This document shows, piece by piece, positions 14,560 through 22,291 of a stretch of 22,657 nucleotides of DNA. Position 1 is the first letter of the stretch, and the number at the start of each line of letters is the position of its first letter. The DNA comes from a virus, in IMG/VR virus record IMGVR_UViG_3300024256_000983. One strand, written 5' to 3'. The position numbers and the translations under genes were made by a program. A model generated the notes under the pieces. It did no database searches, was not told the origin of the DNA, and saw only the letters and a list, made by a program, of their open reading frames with translations.

Positions 14560-15708
14560 ATGGTTACAAAAATAAAGTTATTTACATCATCAAAAATAAA
14601 AAATTGTCCAGCCTGCAACATGGCTAAACAATTATTTTCTAATCAATCTTTGGAATACGAAGAAATTGATGTGGTTACGAATAGAGAAGAAAGACGGAGG
14701 ATATTTAAAAAAACTCATTCATTTGTAGTTCCAATAGTAGAAATAGGAGATGATTTTTTTATTGGATTTGATAATAAAAATTCATTTTTAATTATTGAAT
14801 CATTGAAAAAACATGGATTGTGGAAACAAGAAACAGTAGTCGATATCAAGCCCGATTTAAAAAAAAAACTGATAAATAATAATAAAATTCTATGGATTGC
14901 AACTCATCCTCGAAGTGGGACTGACTGGACGAGAAGTTTTTTAGGAGCTTATTATTTTACAGAAGGTGGAGAGTTTTCCTATGAGTTATTACAAAAAATG
15001 CCACATTTTTTGACTGGACTTTTTTTTGGAAAATATAGATCAAAGATTGCTGAAAAAAAAGAAAGAATTGTAGAATATTGGCAACGAGCCCAACAACAAA
15101 TGGAGTGGACTCATGGTGATCCTGATTTAAATTTTGAGTTTATTGCAACTCATAATAAGAATGGCACTCTTAATGGTAATTTATTTATAGATGCTGCAAA
15201 AACTGCTGGTTATATTAATATAATTAGGGATCCAAGAGATGTGGTTATTTCTTATGCTAGATATATGGAAGTTAGTATTGATAATGCTATAGACCATATA
15301 GCAACTGATGGTATGAATATAACCGAGGAAGATGATTTTCCAGAATTTAGATTAAATTGGTATAAAAATTATATGTCTTGGAAAGAACAAGGAGAAAAGG
15401 ATGGTTATCCTGGAATAGTTGTTAGATATGAAGATTTATTACAAGATAGTTTTAAATATTTTTCTAAAATTATTAAATTTTTAACTGATGATGTGGGATG
15501 TGGTACATATGATGAAGATAAAATTAAAAAGTGTATTGAAAGTACATCATTTAGTAAGATGGCAAAAATGAATAAAGAGGCCAGTTATCCAATGAGTAAA
15601 AAATATTTTAAACACCAAAATTGGAAAGACATTCTCACTAAAAAACAACGAAAGAGAATTGAAAAAAAGTTTCACAAAGAAATGTTGGAATTTGGATATG
15701 AAATATGA
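14560..15708 (+). CDS. Glutaredoxin (CPAC) - PAPS-dependent sulfotransferase fusion
   Basis: NCPACNMAK...VPIVEIGD (Grx/NrdH); HPRSGTDW (5'-PSB), IIRDPRDVVIS (3'-PB), VRYEDL, NWK. Confidence 0.87.
   Translation: MVTKIKLFTSSKIKNCPACNMAKQLFSNQSLEYEEIDVVTNREERRRIFKKTHSFVVPIVEIGDDFFIGFDNKNSFLIIESLKKHGLWKQETVVDIKPDLKKKLINNNKILWIATHPRSGTDWTRSFLGAYYFTEGGEFSYELLQKMPHFLTGLFFGKYRSKIAEKKERIVEYWQRAQQQMEWTHGDPDLNFEFIATHNKNGTLNGNLFIDAAKTAGYINIIRDPRDVVISYARYMEVSIDNAIDHIATDGMNITEEDDFPEFRLNWYKNYMSWKEQGEKDGYPGIVVRYEDLLQDSFKYFSKIIKFLTDDVGCGTYDEDKIKKCIESTSFSKMAKMNKEASYPMSKKYFKHQNWKDILTKKQRKRIEKKFHKEMLEFGYEI
14859..14868 (+). repeat. A10 homopolymer in the Grx-sulfotransferase linker
   Basis: TT-AAAAAAAAAA-CTG read directly from the sequence. 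Confidence 0.9.
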
Positions 15709-15742
15709 TATATATATATAATAATAAGGAGAAGTTATAATG
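15705..15742 (+). promoter_or_regulatory. ATGATATATATATA tract plus ATAAGGAGAAGTTATAATG translation-initiation block, copy 1
   Basis: 14-mer at 15705-15718 and 19-mer at 15724-15742 are identical to those at 18381-18394 and 18392-18410. Confidence 0.65.
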
Positions 15743-16591
15743 CATAAAATAGTAAGGTTATTGATGATACTTGGAATGGTTTCAATGTTATCAGCCCAAT
15801 CATCAATCACAGTCAAAAATTCGGTTATTGGATATGCCGAAGTTGGAGATACGGTTTCTTGGAGTAAACCAATATTATTTTCTTATGTAAAAAGTGATGA
15901 CTCAAAATGGTTTGCAACCTTTTTTTGGGGACCCACTTGGAACGATGAGAAAATCTATATTGAAGAACTCTTTTATAAACCATATAGTGTCGCCAATGGT
16001 GGTAAGTTCAATATTGGATTTGGACAACAATTAGTTCCGTTTGGTTCTAATTTACCTTATCTCGATTTAACTCGTAGAGATATGTTTACTTATCAGACCA
16101 GTTGGGATGTCGGTGAATTAGTTCTTGGTCGAGGTGTTAGTGTATATGGTGCACTTGGTGAAAAAGGTTATCTTGAAACTTATTTCGGTGATAATCTAAA
16201 CAATAGATGGAGTGATTACGCTTCCGCTCGTGTATCATATGAAATAGCAAATCAATTCGTAGCACTTTCAGTTGATAATCAAGAAAGACAATCCATTGAT
16301 GTTAGTGGATTAAATGATAAGATAGAATATATCGCCGAGTATAGTTTGAGTGATGAGTATTATTTCGCCCGAGCAGTCATTAAACCTGGACTTTATGGGT
16401 TCAATCTACTCGCTGGATATGAGAGTTTTCCTGATAAAGAAGCAAAACCACTTTATGGGGTTATGTGGACTTTTGATGGAGATTATCCTGGTAGTTTCTT
16501 ATCTGTAGAGTTTGGTAATGAAGGTGATTTGTTATTTAAAATAAATGCCGACCTCGGTATTTTAAAGTTAGGGGATAGTAAAAATGAATAA
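15740..16591 (+). CDS. Secreted outer-membrane beta-barrel (porin-like) protein
   Basis: Signal peptide (MHKIVRLLMILGMVSMLSA|Q), alternating aromatic/hydrophobic strands, porin-like FNIGFGQQLVPFG. Confidence 0.55.
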   Translation: MHKIVRLLMILGMVSMLSAQSSITVKNSVIGYAEVGDTVSWSKPILFSYVKSDDSKWFATFFWGPTWNDEKIYIEELFYKPYSVANGGKFNIGFGQQLVPFGSNLPYLDLTRRDMFTYQTSWDVGELVLGRGVSVYGALGEKGYLETYFGDNLNNRWSDYASARVSYEIANQFVALSVDNQERQSIDVSGLNDKIEYIAEYSLSDEYYFARAVIKPGLYGFNLLAGYESFPDKEAKPLYGVMWTFDGDYPGSFLSVEFGNEGDLLFKINADLGILKLGDSKNE

Positions 16592-17495
16592 TTTTACAAA
16601 AGGAATAATGATATTATTCGGTTCAATTCTTGCATGGTCAAGTCTTGAAGTTACAGGTAGTTATATCTTTGCAGAAGGTGCCGGTCCAGTTACTTTGTTA
16701 TCTACAAGGTTCTTGATAGCAACTATTTTGTTTGGTGTAACCATCTTATTTCAAAAATATAGAACTGGTGAAAATCTGTTTCTTGTGGAAAAACAAGATA
16801 TAAAACGATTTTTGACCAATGGTGCATTTCTTGCCGTCCATTTGATTACATATTGGTTCGGTTGGGAATATCTGGATCCTAATATTCCAGTCATCTATGG
16901 TATTTTTTACTTTTATCCATTTGTATTGGCACTCGTCGCGGTGTATTTATACGGAGAGAAGTTCAGTACTAAGAGAAAAATAGCAGTAGGGTTGGGTACG
17001 GTTGGTTCATTGTTTGCAATTGAATTTCTGCCCACATTTTCAACTGAAGCATTGACTACATCTGGTGTATTGTTATGTGTAGTGGCAGTTGCAGCATGGG
17101 TTGGATATTTGTTAGTAGGACAATCTATAATGAAGAAATATAAACCACTTACTATCGTGTTCTACGATTTTCTACAAGTGTTTGTTTATACTTCATTATT
17201 ACAATCACCAGCAACTACAATTTCACAACTAACCACTCATAATCTATTGGCAATTCTCTATATTGCTATAGTGGCCAGTTATATTGCATACTTATGTTAT
17301 TGGACAGCAATTAAATACATTGGAGCCAGTAACGCAGGAGTTGGTGAACTTTGTTTTGGTTCATTCTTTGCAGTAATAATCGCCTATTTCTTTTTAGACA
17401 CGGCACCATCAGTATATCAACTATTAGGTTTGGGATTACTTTCAGGCGGTATCTTCTTGATTTATAAAGAAAAACAGACCGCGTATGACCAATGA
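16584..17495 (+). CDS. EamA/DMT-family transporter
   Basis: 303 aa, about 10 hydrophobic helices in two repeats; LLSTRF, YLYGEKFS...LGTVG, IKYIGAS. Confidence 0.9.
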   Translation: MNNFTKGIMILFGSILAWSSLEVTGSYIFAEGAGPVTLLSTRFLIATILFGVTILFQKYRTGENLFLVEKQDIKRFLTNGAFLAVHLITYWFGWEYLDPNIPVIYGIFYFYPFVLALVAVYLYGEKFSTKRKIAVGLGTVGSLFAIEFLPTFSTEALTTSGVLLCVVAVAAWVGYLLVGQSIMKKYKPLTIVFYDFLQVFVYTSLLQSPATTISQLTTHNLLAILYIAIVASYIAYLCYWTAIKYIGASNAGVGELCFGSFFAVIIAYFFLDTAPSVYQLLGLGLLSGGIFLIYKEKQTAYDQ

Positions 17496-18273
17496 GATTA
17501 AATATTTAAATTTAGGAAGTCTTACTCCCGACATATATAGTTCAGTTTGGGAGTATGGAAATTTAATTGATATAAATTGTCCTATAGTTATAAAATTTTC
17601 ATCAAAAAAACATATTGTAGCTTTTTTTGGAAATAGCAAATTAGATATTTCATCATTTTTTAATGGAGAAATAGAATATCCGATAGTAAGAGTTTACGAA
17701 GATCCAGATAACATAGATGATGATAAATTGGCATATTGGATAGAAGGTCCTAATTGTTTTAATTTTATTTTATATTTTTCTCGTGATGTAAAACCATTAT
17801 TCTTACAAGCGGTACGAGAATGTTGTTTTAAATTTGGAATTGAAACTTTTTGGAATGGTCGTAATGATATATTTTTTAAAATAGGGAATAAACAAAAAAA
17901 ATTCTTCGGTTGTAGTTATGAGGTTATAAATGATTGTCATGTAACTGTTGGAAGTATAACTTATCAGTTTGATTCTAAATTAGCAACTAAAGTTAAAGAA
18001 TTGGATATTAATAATGTACTTAAAACACCATCATTTGAATCTGATAGCGGAAATGTTAGTGATGTGGTTGGTGGTTTGTGGGAAGTTGATTCAACTATTG
18101 ATCCGATAAAATTTAATGATGAATTTTTGAAGATTTTGATGAAGAAACTCGGTGGAACATTAGAAAAAAATAATCTATCTGACGGAGAAATGCAACTACT
18201 TATTAGTAGAGGAAAGAAAAGATTAGAAGATGGAGAATGGTTGTTAAAAGGAAATAATGAAAACTTTATTTGA
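17485..18273 (+). CDS. Lipoate-protein ligase A-like (BPL/LplA/LipB) catalytic domain protein
   Basis: EGPNCFNFILY, GRNDIF...QKKFFG (GxND...KxxG), HVTVGSI. Confidence 0.7.
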   Translation: MTNEIKYLNLGSLTPDIYSSVWEYGNLIDINCPIVIKFSSKKHIVAFFGNSKLDISSFFNGEIEYPIVRVYEDPDNIDDDKLAYWIEGPNCFNFILYFSRDVKPLFLQAVRECCFKFGIETFWNGRNDIFFKIGNKQKKFFGCSYEVINDCHVTVGSITYQFDSKLATKVKELDINNVLKTPSFESDSGNVSDVVGGLWEVDSTIDPIKFNDEFLKILMKKLGGTLEKNNLSDGEMQLLISRGKKRLEDGEWLLKGNNENFI

Positions 18274-18415
18274 AGAATTTATGAAGAAGAGTGATTGGGA
18301 AAAATATTACAAAGACGTAGATTCTAAAGAAAAAATGAGAGTTATAGTTTTGTGTAGTGATGTAGAAAATATAATATTACATGATATATATATAAGGAGA
18401 AGTTATAATGAATAA
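18257..18415 (+). CDS. Small hypothetical protein (52 aa); not in the ORF track
   Basis: MKTLFEEFMKKSDWEKYY...RRSYNE*; AAGGA upstream; overlaps both neighbours and fills the gap. Confidence 0.5.
   Translation: MKTLFEEFMKKSDWEKYYKDVDSKEKMRVIVLCSDVENIILHDIYIRRSYNE
18381..18410 (+). promoter_or_regulatory. ATGATATATATATA tract plus ATAAGGAGAAGTTATAATG block, copy 2
   Basis: Same blocks as at 15705-15742. Confidence 0.65.
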
Positions 18416-18905
18416 TTCAATAATGTTTCAATATATTACGGATTTAGGACCAGTAGTGTATTTTTCTGGCAATAATGGGCTTTTTATAGATTTAATAATG
18501 ACGGATGAAAGGTCCAAAGAAGATGAAATAGATTTTGAAGAGTTATTAGAAGAACATTTAACTCAGTATTTTAGTGAACATGCACATCAATATATTTATT
18601 ATAGAGTTGGTGAAGAAGATAGTAATTGTCAAATGTCTCTAATCAAGGGTGGGTCTGATGGTAATATTGCTTTTAATTATGAAACAGAGTTTTCGGATCT
18701 TTCAAATAGTCAAATTGTTATGAATGGTGATGTCGTACATGATTCGGTTATAATATATCCGAACAATGTTGATATTTTTTATGATGGAACTCAAGAGTTA
18801 AAAACGATTAAATTAAAAATAAGTTTTAAAAAAAGTAAAAAAATGAAAAAAATTGATACTGGGAAAAATAAGCCGACAGTTGAAGTATCAAAGTTTAAAA
18901 ATTAA
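18408..18905 (+). CDS. Hypothetical protein (acidic N-part, basic C-terminus)
   Basis: 165-aa ORF with strong SD AAGGAG; no family recognised. Confidence 0.75.
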   Translation: MNNSIMFQYITDLGPVVYFSGNNGLFIDLIMTDERSKEDEIDFEELLEEHLTQYFSEHAHQYIYYRVGEEDSNCQMSLIKGGSDGNIAFNYETEFSDLSNSQIVMNGDVVHDSVIIYPNNVDIFYDGTQELKTIKLKISFKKSKKMKKIDTGKNKPTVEVSKFKN

Positions 18906-18921
18906 TTAAGGAGTAACAAAA

Positions 18922-19539
18922 ATGAATACTAATTTACATTTACAAACTATAAAATCGATACCAGTTCCAATGTATGCACCTTGTATTTTTGAAGGAGCAT
19001 TTGGGGATGTAGAGTTGAGAAGATTAAGAAAACAAGTAGAAACTTTCCCCGAAGAAGAAGCGTTAACACACGGAGATAGTATGTTTGGCTCATCAGACGA
19101 ATATTCTGAAAGAATTGCCAAACAAAGAGCTATACCACAAATAGAAGATTTTGCATGGTTATATTCTAAATTTGAATCTTTATGTATGCAAGCAAATTTT
19201 AATTTTAATTGGAATTTTGAAATGACAGGTATGTTTGAGCCAGCAATATATCTTACCTATGATGGTAAAGTAAAAGGTAAATATGACTCTCATATGGATG
19301 TTGGTGGTGATGGACCTATGTCATATAGAAAAATCTCAGGAGTATTACTTGTTAATGATGGTTATGAAGGTGGAGAATTGGTTTTCCAGGGACAACCTGG
19401 ACCAGATAAAGATACACCTAAATTAAAGGCCGGTACAATAATATTTTTTCCATCTTTTATGATGCATAGTGTAGAACCTGTTACAAAGGGAATTCGAAAT
19501 TCTGTTGTATTGTGGTTACACGGAAAACCATACAAATAA
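18922..19539 (+). CDS. 2OG-Fe(II) oxygenase (PKHD/prolyl-4-hydroxylase-like)
   Basis: YDSHMD (HxD), RKIS, YEGGEL, FFPSFMMHSVEPVTKGIR (distal His and 2OG-binding Arg). Confidence 0.92.
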   Translation: MNTNLHLQTIKSIPVPMYAPCIFEGAFGDVELRRLRKQVETFPEEEALTHGDSMFGSSDEYSERIAKQRAIPQIEDFAWLYSKFESLCMQANFNFNWNFEMTGMFEPAIYLTYDGKVKGKYDSHMDVGGDGPMSYRKISGVLLVNDGYEGGELVFQGQPGPDKDTPKLKAGTIIFFPSFMMHSVEPVTKGIRNSVVLWLHGKPYK

Positions 19540-19556
19540 TAATAAATAACCTATTT

Positions 19557-19632
19557 ATAGATATGGAAAATACAAAGTTATTGTTGTACAGTAATTCGGA
19601 TATGGAGATAAAATAGATATGGAAAATACAAA
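19557..19632 (+). repeat. 20-bp direct repeat duplicating a gene start and creating a 17-aa uORF (19563-19616)
   Basis: ATAGATATGGAAAATACAAA at 19557-19576 and 19613-19632. First copy reads MENTKLLLYSNSDMEIK*; second starts the 890-aa gene (MENTNL...). Confidence 0.85.
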
Positions 19633-22291
19633 TTTATTTGATAAGTTAAGCTATAAAATGATGTTGGGTTCGAGTGCCAATGCTTTAGGTAATTACTTTG
19701 CCAATGAAGTTAGAGGTTTGAAGAAAAATGAAGCAGTATTATATACAGTTGATTTATTACCAAAAGATTATGTTGGTTACGTAACAGAAATTAATACAAA
19801 TACAGCATTAGATGAAGATTTGATTGAATGGTTTGATTTTGGTGCACTTGTAAATTTATGTTCTCATTGGAAGTACAAAACTCTTGTTCTTTTATGTGAA
19901 TCTAAATGGAAGTCAATTACTCCTTCACATCCGTTTCGTGATAAATTAAGTAAAGAATTAAGTAAAAAAGACATTAAATTTGATATACATTATAGTTCTA
20001 ACCAAGATGATATTTGGGATGGGTTTGAGTATAATAGTCAAGAAGATTTCATATTAAGAGTGGGTTGGAATAGAGAATGTGAAATAGATCGAATTGCGGA
20101 GAATAAATTAAAAACTAAAAAATTAATTCAACATTTAAATGTTTATCCGACTCCAGAATATCAGACTATTGAAAATAACGATGGTTTCGAAAAAAATAAA
20201 TGGTATGTTTTTAAGAAAAGTAATGTTGATAGAAAGCAAGGTGTTGAGATTCGTAAATTTAAAACTAAAAAAGCTTTTATTACTCATTTAAAAGATTTTG
20301 ATTATTGTGAAGATTTCATAGATGCTGGTATAGATGTAGATACAGGATTAAAGACAGAAGTAAAATCCTATGGAATAATATTTAAAAAACAATTTTATGA
20401 TTTAACACCCAACTTATATTGTAAGTATTGGGAACATGAAGATAAGGGTGATGAAAAGTTATTTTATAAAATTGATCCTACAAACTGTATGCTTACAGAT
20501 GAAGTAGAATTGGCAGATGGTTCTACAAAACAATCATTTTTATTAGAAAGAAGGGATAATTTAAAATTAGGTGGTAAAATAACTAAAATAGATGAATTCG
20601 ATTCCTACATCAATAAAAATTATGTTTTAATAAACAATGAATATAAATTTACATATTCTACCAATGTTGTAAAGGCAGGCCACCTTTCTCAATATACTCC
20701 TGTAAGGTTTTTGGAAGTTGGTGATAAAATTCTTCGTGATAATATGGAAGAACTTGAAATTAAACAAATTGAATTTGTTAAAGGTGTTGTTAAAGGAAAA
20801 ATGATTAGAACTGCAGAAAATGTTATGAGTATTAATGGATTTTTTGTAAAGGCACAATCAAGTAACAATATTTCAGGATTGGATGATTTGATTTTTTCAC
20901 CAAAAATTGGTCAAGAAGCTATGAGTTGGAGTGATGAAGAACAAAAAATTGTAGCCGGTGTGATGAATAAAGTTGAAGATGAAAAAATGCCAAGTAGAGT
21001 TGTTGAGATTACTTTTAATACAGGTGGACATATTTGGACAGCAGAGTTTTTATTTGAAAAACCACTTAAAGTTATATATGCAGCATCACGTGAAGGAATG
21101 AAAGTAAGGGCACCAAAAGAGAAATTTTTCGGTTGGGCCTCATATAGACCCGATTTGACTATGGAAATTAAACATCAGGAAGCCATGCAATTGATGCCTG
21201 GTATGCAGTGTATTACACCCAAAAGACCTGATATGAAAGTAGTTGAATCACTTTATGGTGATATGGTAGCATCAGTAGTTGTGAGTATGAGAGAAGTAGC
21301 GGGTAAGAGATCACATTGGGATATTTATGAAATGAAACCAATGGATACTCCTAACCCGAATTACTTTATGAATAGATTGCACGTTCATAATGGTCCATCT
21401 AATTGGCCAATCCCACCATCATTTGGTAGTGAATTAGATATATATGGGCATTGGGATGTATCACATCCTGCGAGTTTTCCAAGCCCTTCTAATACTATTT
21501 ATGATTTAACTTCTCGTGGGGATATAGATGCATTAGTCCAACCTGGATCAACTGCCATGACTTCCGGCACTCTCATTTCCGCCCCTGCCCGCACAAATAC
21601 CATGAAAGCCATCACAATGCCTGGCACAAAAGGTTTTGTTATTACAAAACAACCCACTAATCCATATCATACTGGTGCTTATGGATTTTTTGGTCCAAGT
21701 TCATTTACTACTATAATGACATGGTCCTATACGGCTCGGACTCCACCTAACTACGGCCGTTTGTGGAGTGTGAGGCCTGGAAGTGATTTTGATATTGCAG
21801 TGAGAGATTACCCATCCGAAACGACCAAGGGGAAAATGTATTATTTTAAACCACCTTGGACTTCTGTTACACCGCCACAAGTTGATTTTTCACCATCACC
21901 AACCTATATAGAATCGACTGATCCCAAAGGCCTTTCAACTGCAGTTCCCGCTTTTATTATTACACAGGCTAGATATAATGCTCCATCTACCCCGGGACGA
22001 TGGTATTTCAGGAATTTTGCAAATCCAGGAGGCACTGGGTTTGGCCAGAGTCAAACTGAGCCCTCACCATCAACCCAACCAAGAGCAGGTAGTAATTATT
22101 GGAGTGTTTTTGGTAAAGCTCCCAGTGCCACCGCAACGGCAAACAATATCCAGGGCCACTTTTCAGAAGCTATATTTTTAGGTAAAGCACAACCCAGTTC
22201 AAATACGGCTGAATTGGCAGAAGGTATTTTACAGTATTATAACATAACACCTCCTGGAGCCCAACACCCCAGTTTCTTCTGGCAAATTTAA
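19619..22291 (+). CDS. Circularly permuted ATP-grasp-like domain + two tandem Hint domains + Pro-rich LamG/concanavalin-like C-terminal domain
   Basis: TVD...TEINTN, FILRVGW, YVFKK, CEDFI and TEVK parallel the 12929 protein. Hint 1 ~20483-20854 (ELADGSTK...INGFFVKA); Hint 2 ends YFMNRLHVHN (21391). Tail has WDVSHPASFPSPSNTIYDLT and IQGHFSEAIF. Confidence 0.68.
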   Translation: MENTNLFDKLSYKMMLGSSANALGNYFANEVRGLKKNEAVLYTVDLLPKDYVGYVTEINTNTALDEDLIEWFDFGALVNLCSHWKYKTLVLLCESKWKSITPSHPFRDKLSKELSKKDIKFDIHYSSNQDDIWDGFEYNSQEDFILRVGWNRECEIDRIAENKLKTKKLIQHLNVYPTPEYQTIENNDGFEKNKWYVFKKSNVDRKQGVEIRKFKTKKAFITHLKDFDYCEDFIDAGIDVDTGLKTEVKSYGIIFKKQFYDLTPNLYCKYWEHEDKGDEKLFYKIDPTNCMLTDEVELADGSTKQSFLLERRDNLKLGGKITKIDEFDSYINKNYVLINNEYKFTYSTNVVKAGHLSQYTPVRFLEVGDKILRDNMEELEIKQIEFVKGVVKGKMIRTAENVMSINGFFVKAQSSNNISGLDDLIFSPKIGQEAMSWSDEEQKIVAGVMNKVEDEKMPSRVVEITFNTGGHIWTAEFLFEKPLKVIYAASREGMKVRAPKEKFFGWASYRPDLTMEIKHQEAMQLMPGMQCITPKRPDMKVVESLYGDMVASVVVSMREVAGKRSHWDIYEMKPMDTPNPNYFMNRLHVHNGPSNWPIPPSFGSELDIYGHWDVSHPASFPSPSNTIYDLTSRGDIDALVQPGSTAMTSGTLISAPARTNTMKAITMPGTKGFVITKQPTNPYHTGAYGFFGPSSFTTIMTWSYTARTPPNYGRLWSVRPGSDFDIAVRDYPSETTKGKMYYFKPPWTSVTPPQVDFSPSPTYIESTDPKGLSTAVPAFIITQARYNAPSTPGRWYFRNFANPGGTGFGQSQTEPSPSTQPRAGSNYWSVFGKAPSATATANNIQGHFSEAIFLGKAQPSSNTAELAEGILQYYNITPPGAQHPSFFWQI

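Noticed and set aside
217-20857. All minus-strand ORFs in the track (e.g. 217-456, 592-930, 1926-2180, 3504-3734, 4097-4387, 8459-8677, 14280-14465, 15547-15816, 18906-19121, 20627-20857)
   Set aside because: They are antisense shadows of well-supported plus-strand genes, have low-complexity F/L/I/S-rich translations and no motifs, which is expected in AT-rich DNA.
13841-21391. The Hint domains of the two ATP-grasp fusions as mobile, splicing inteins
   Set aside because: Position 1 or +1 nucleophiles are absent (Gly1, +1 Ala; +1 Gly), there is no endonuclease domain, and they are not inserted in a conserved host motif. They are better read as BIL-type cleavage domains.
21978-22181. 67-aa plus-strand ORF in another frame inside the 890-aa gene
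   Set aside because: It is fully nested in a GC-richer stretch where stops are scarcer, with no SD or motif.
14333-22288. Diversity-generating retroelement acting on the cargo tails
   Set aside because: I saw no template/variable repeat pair differing at adenines and no reverse transcriptase in the window.
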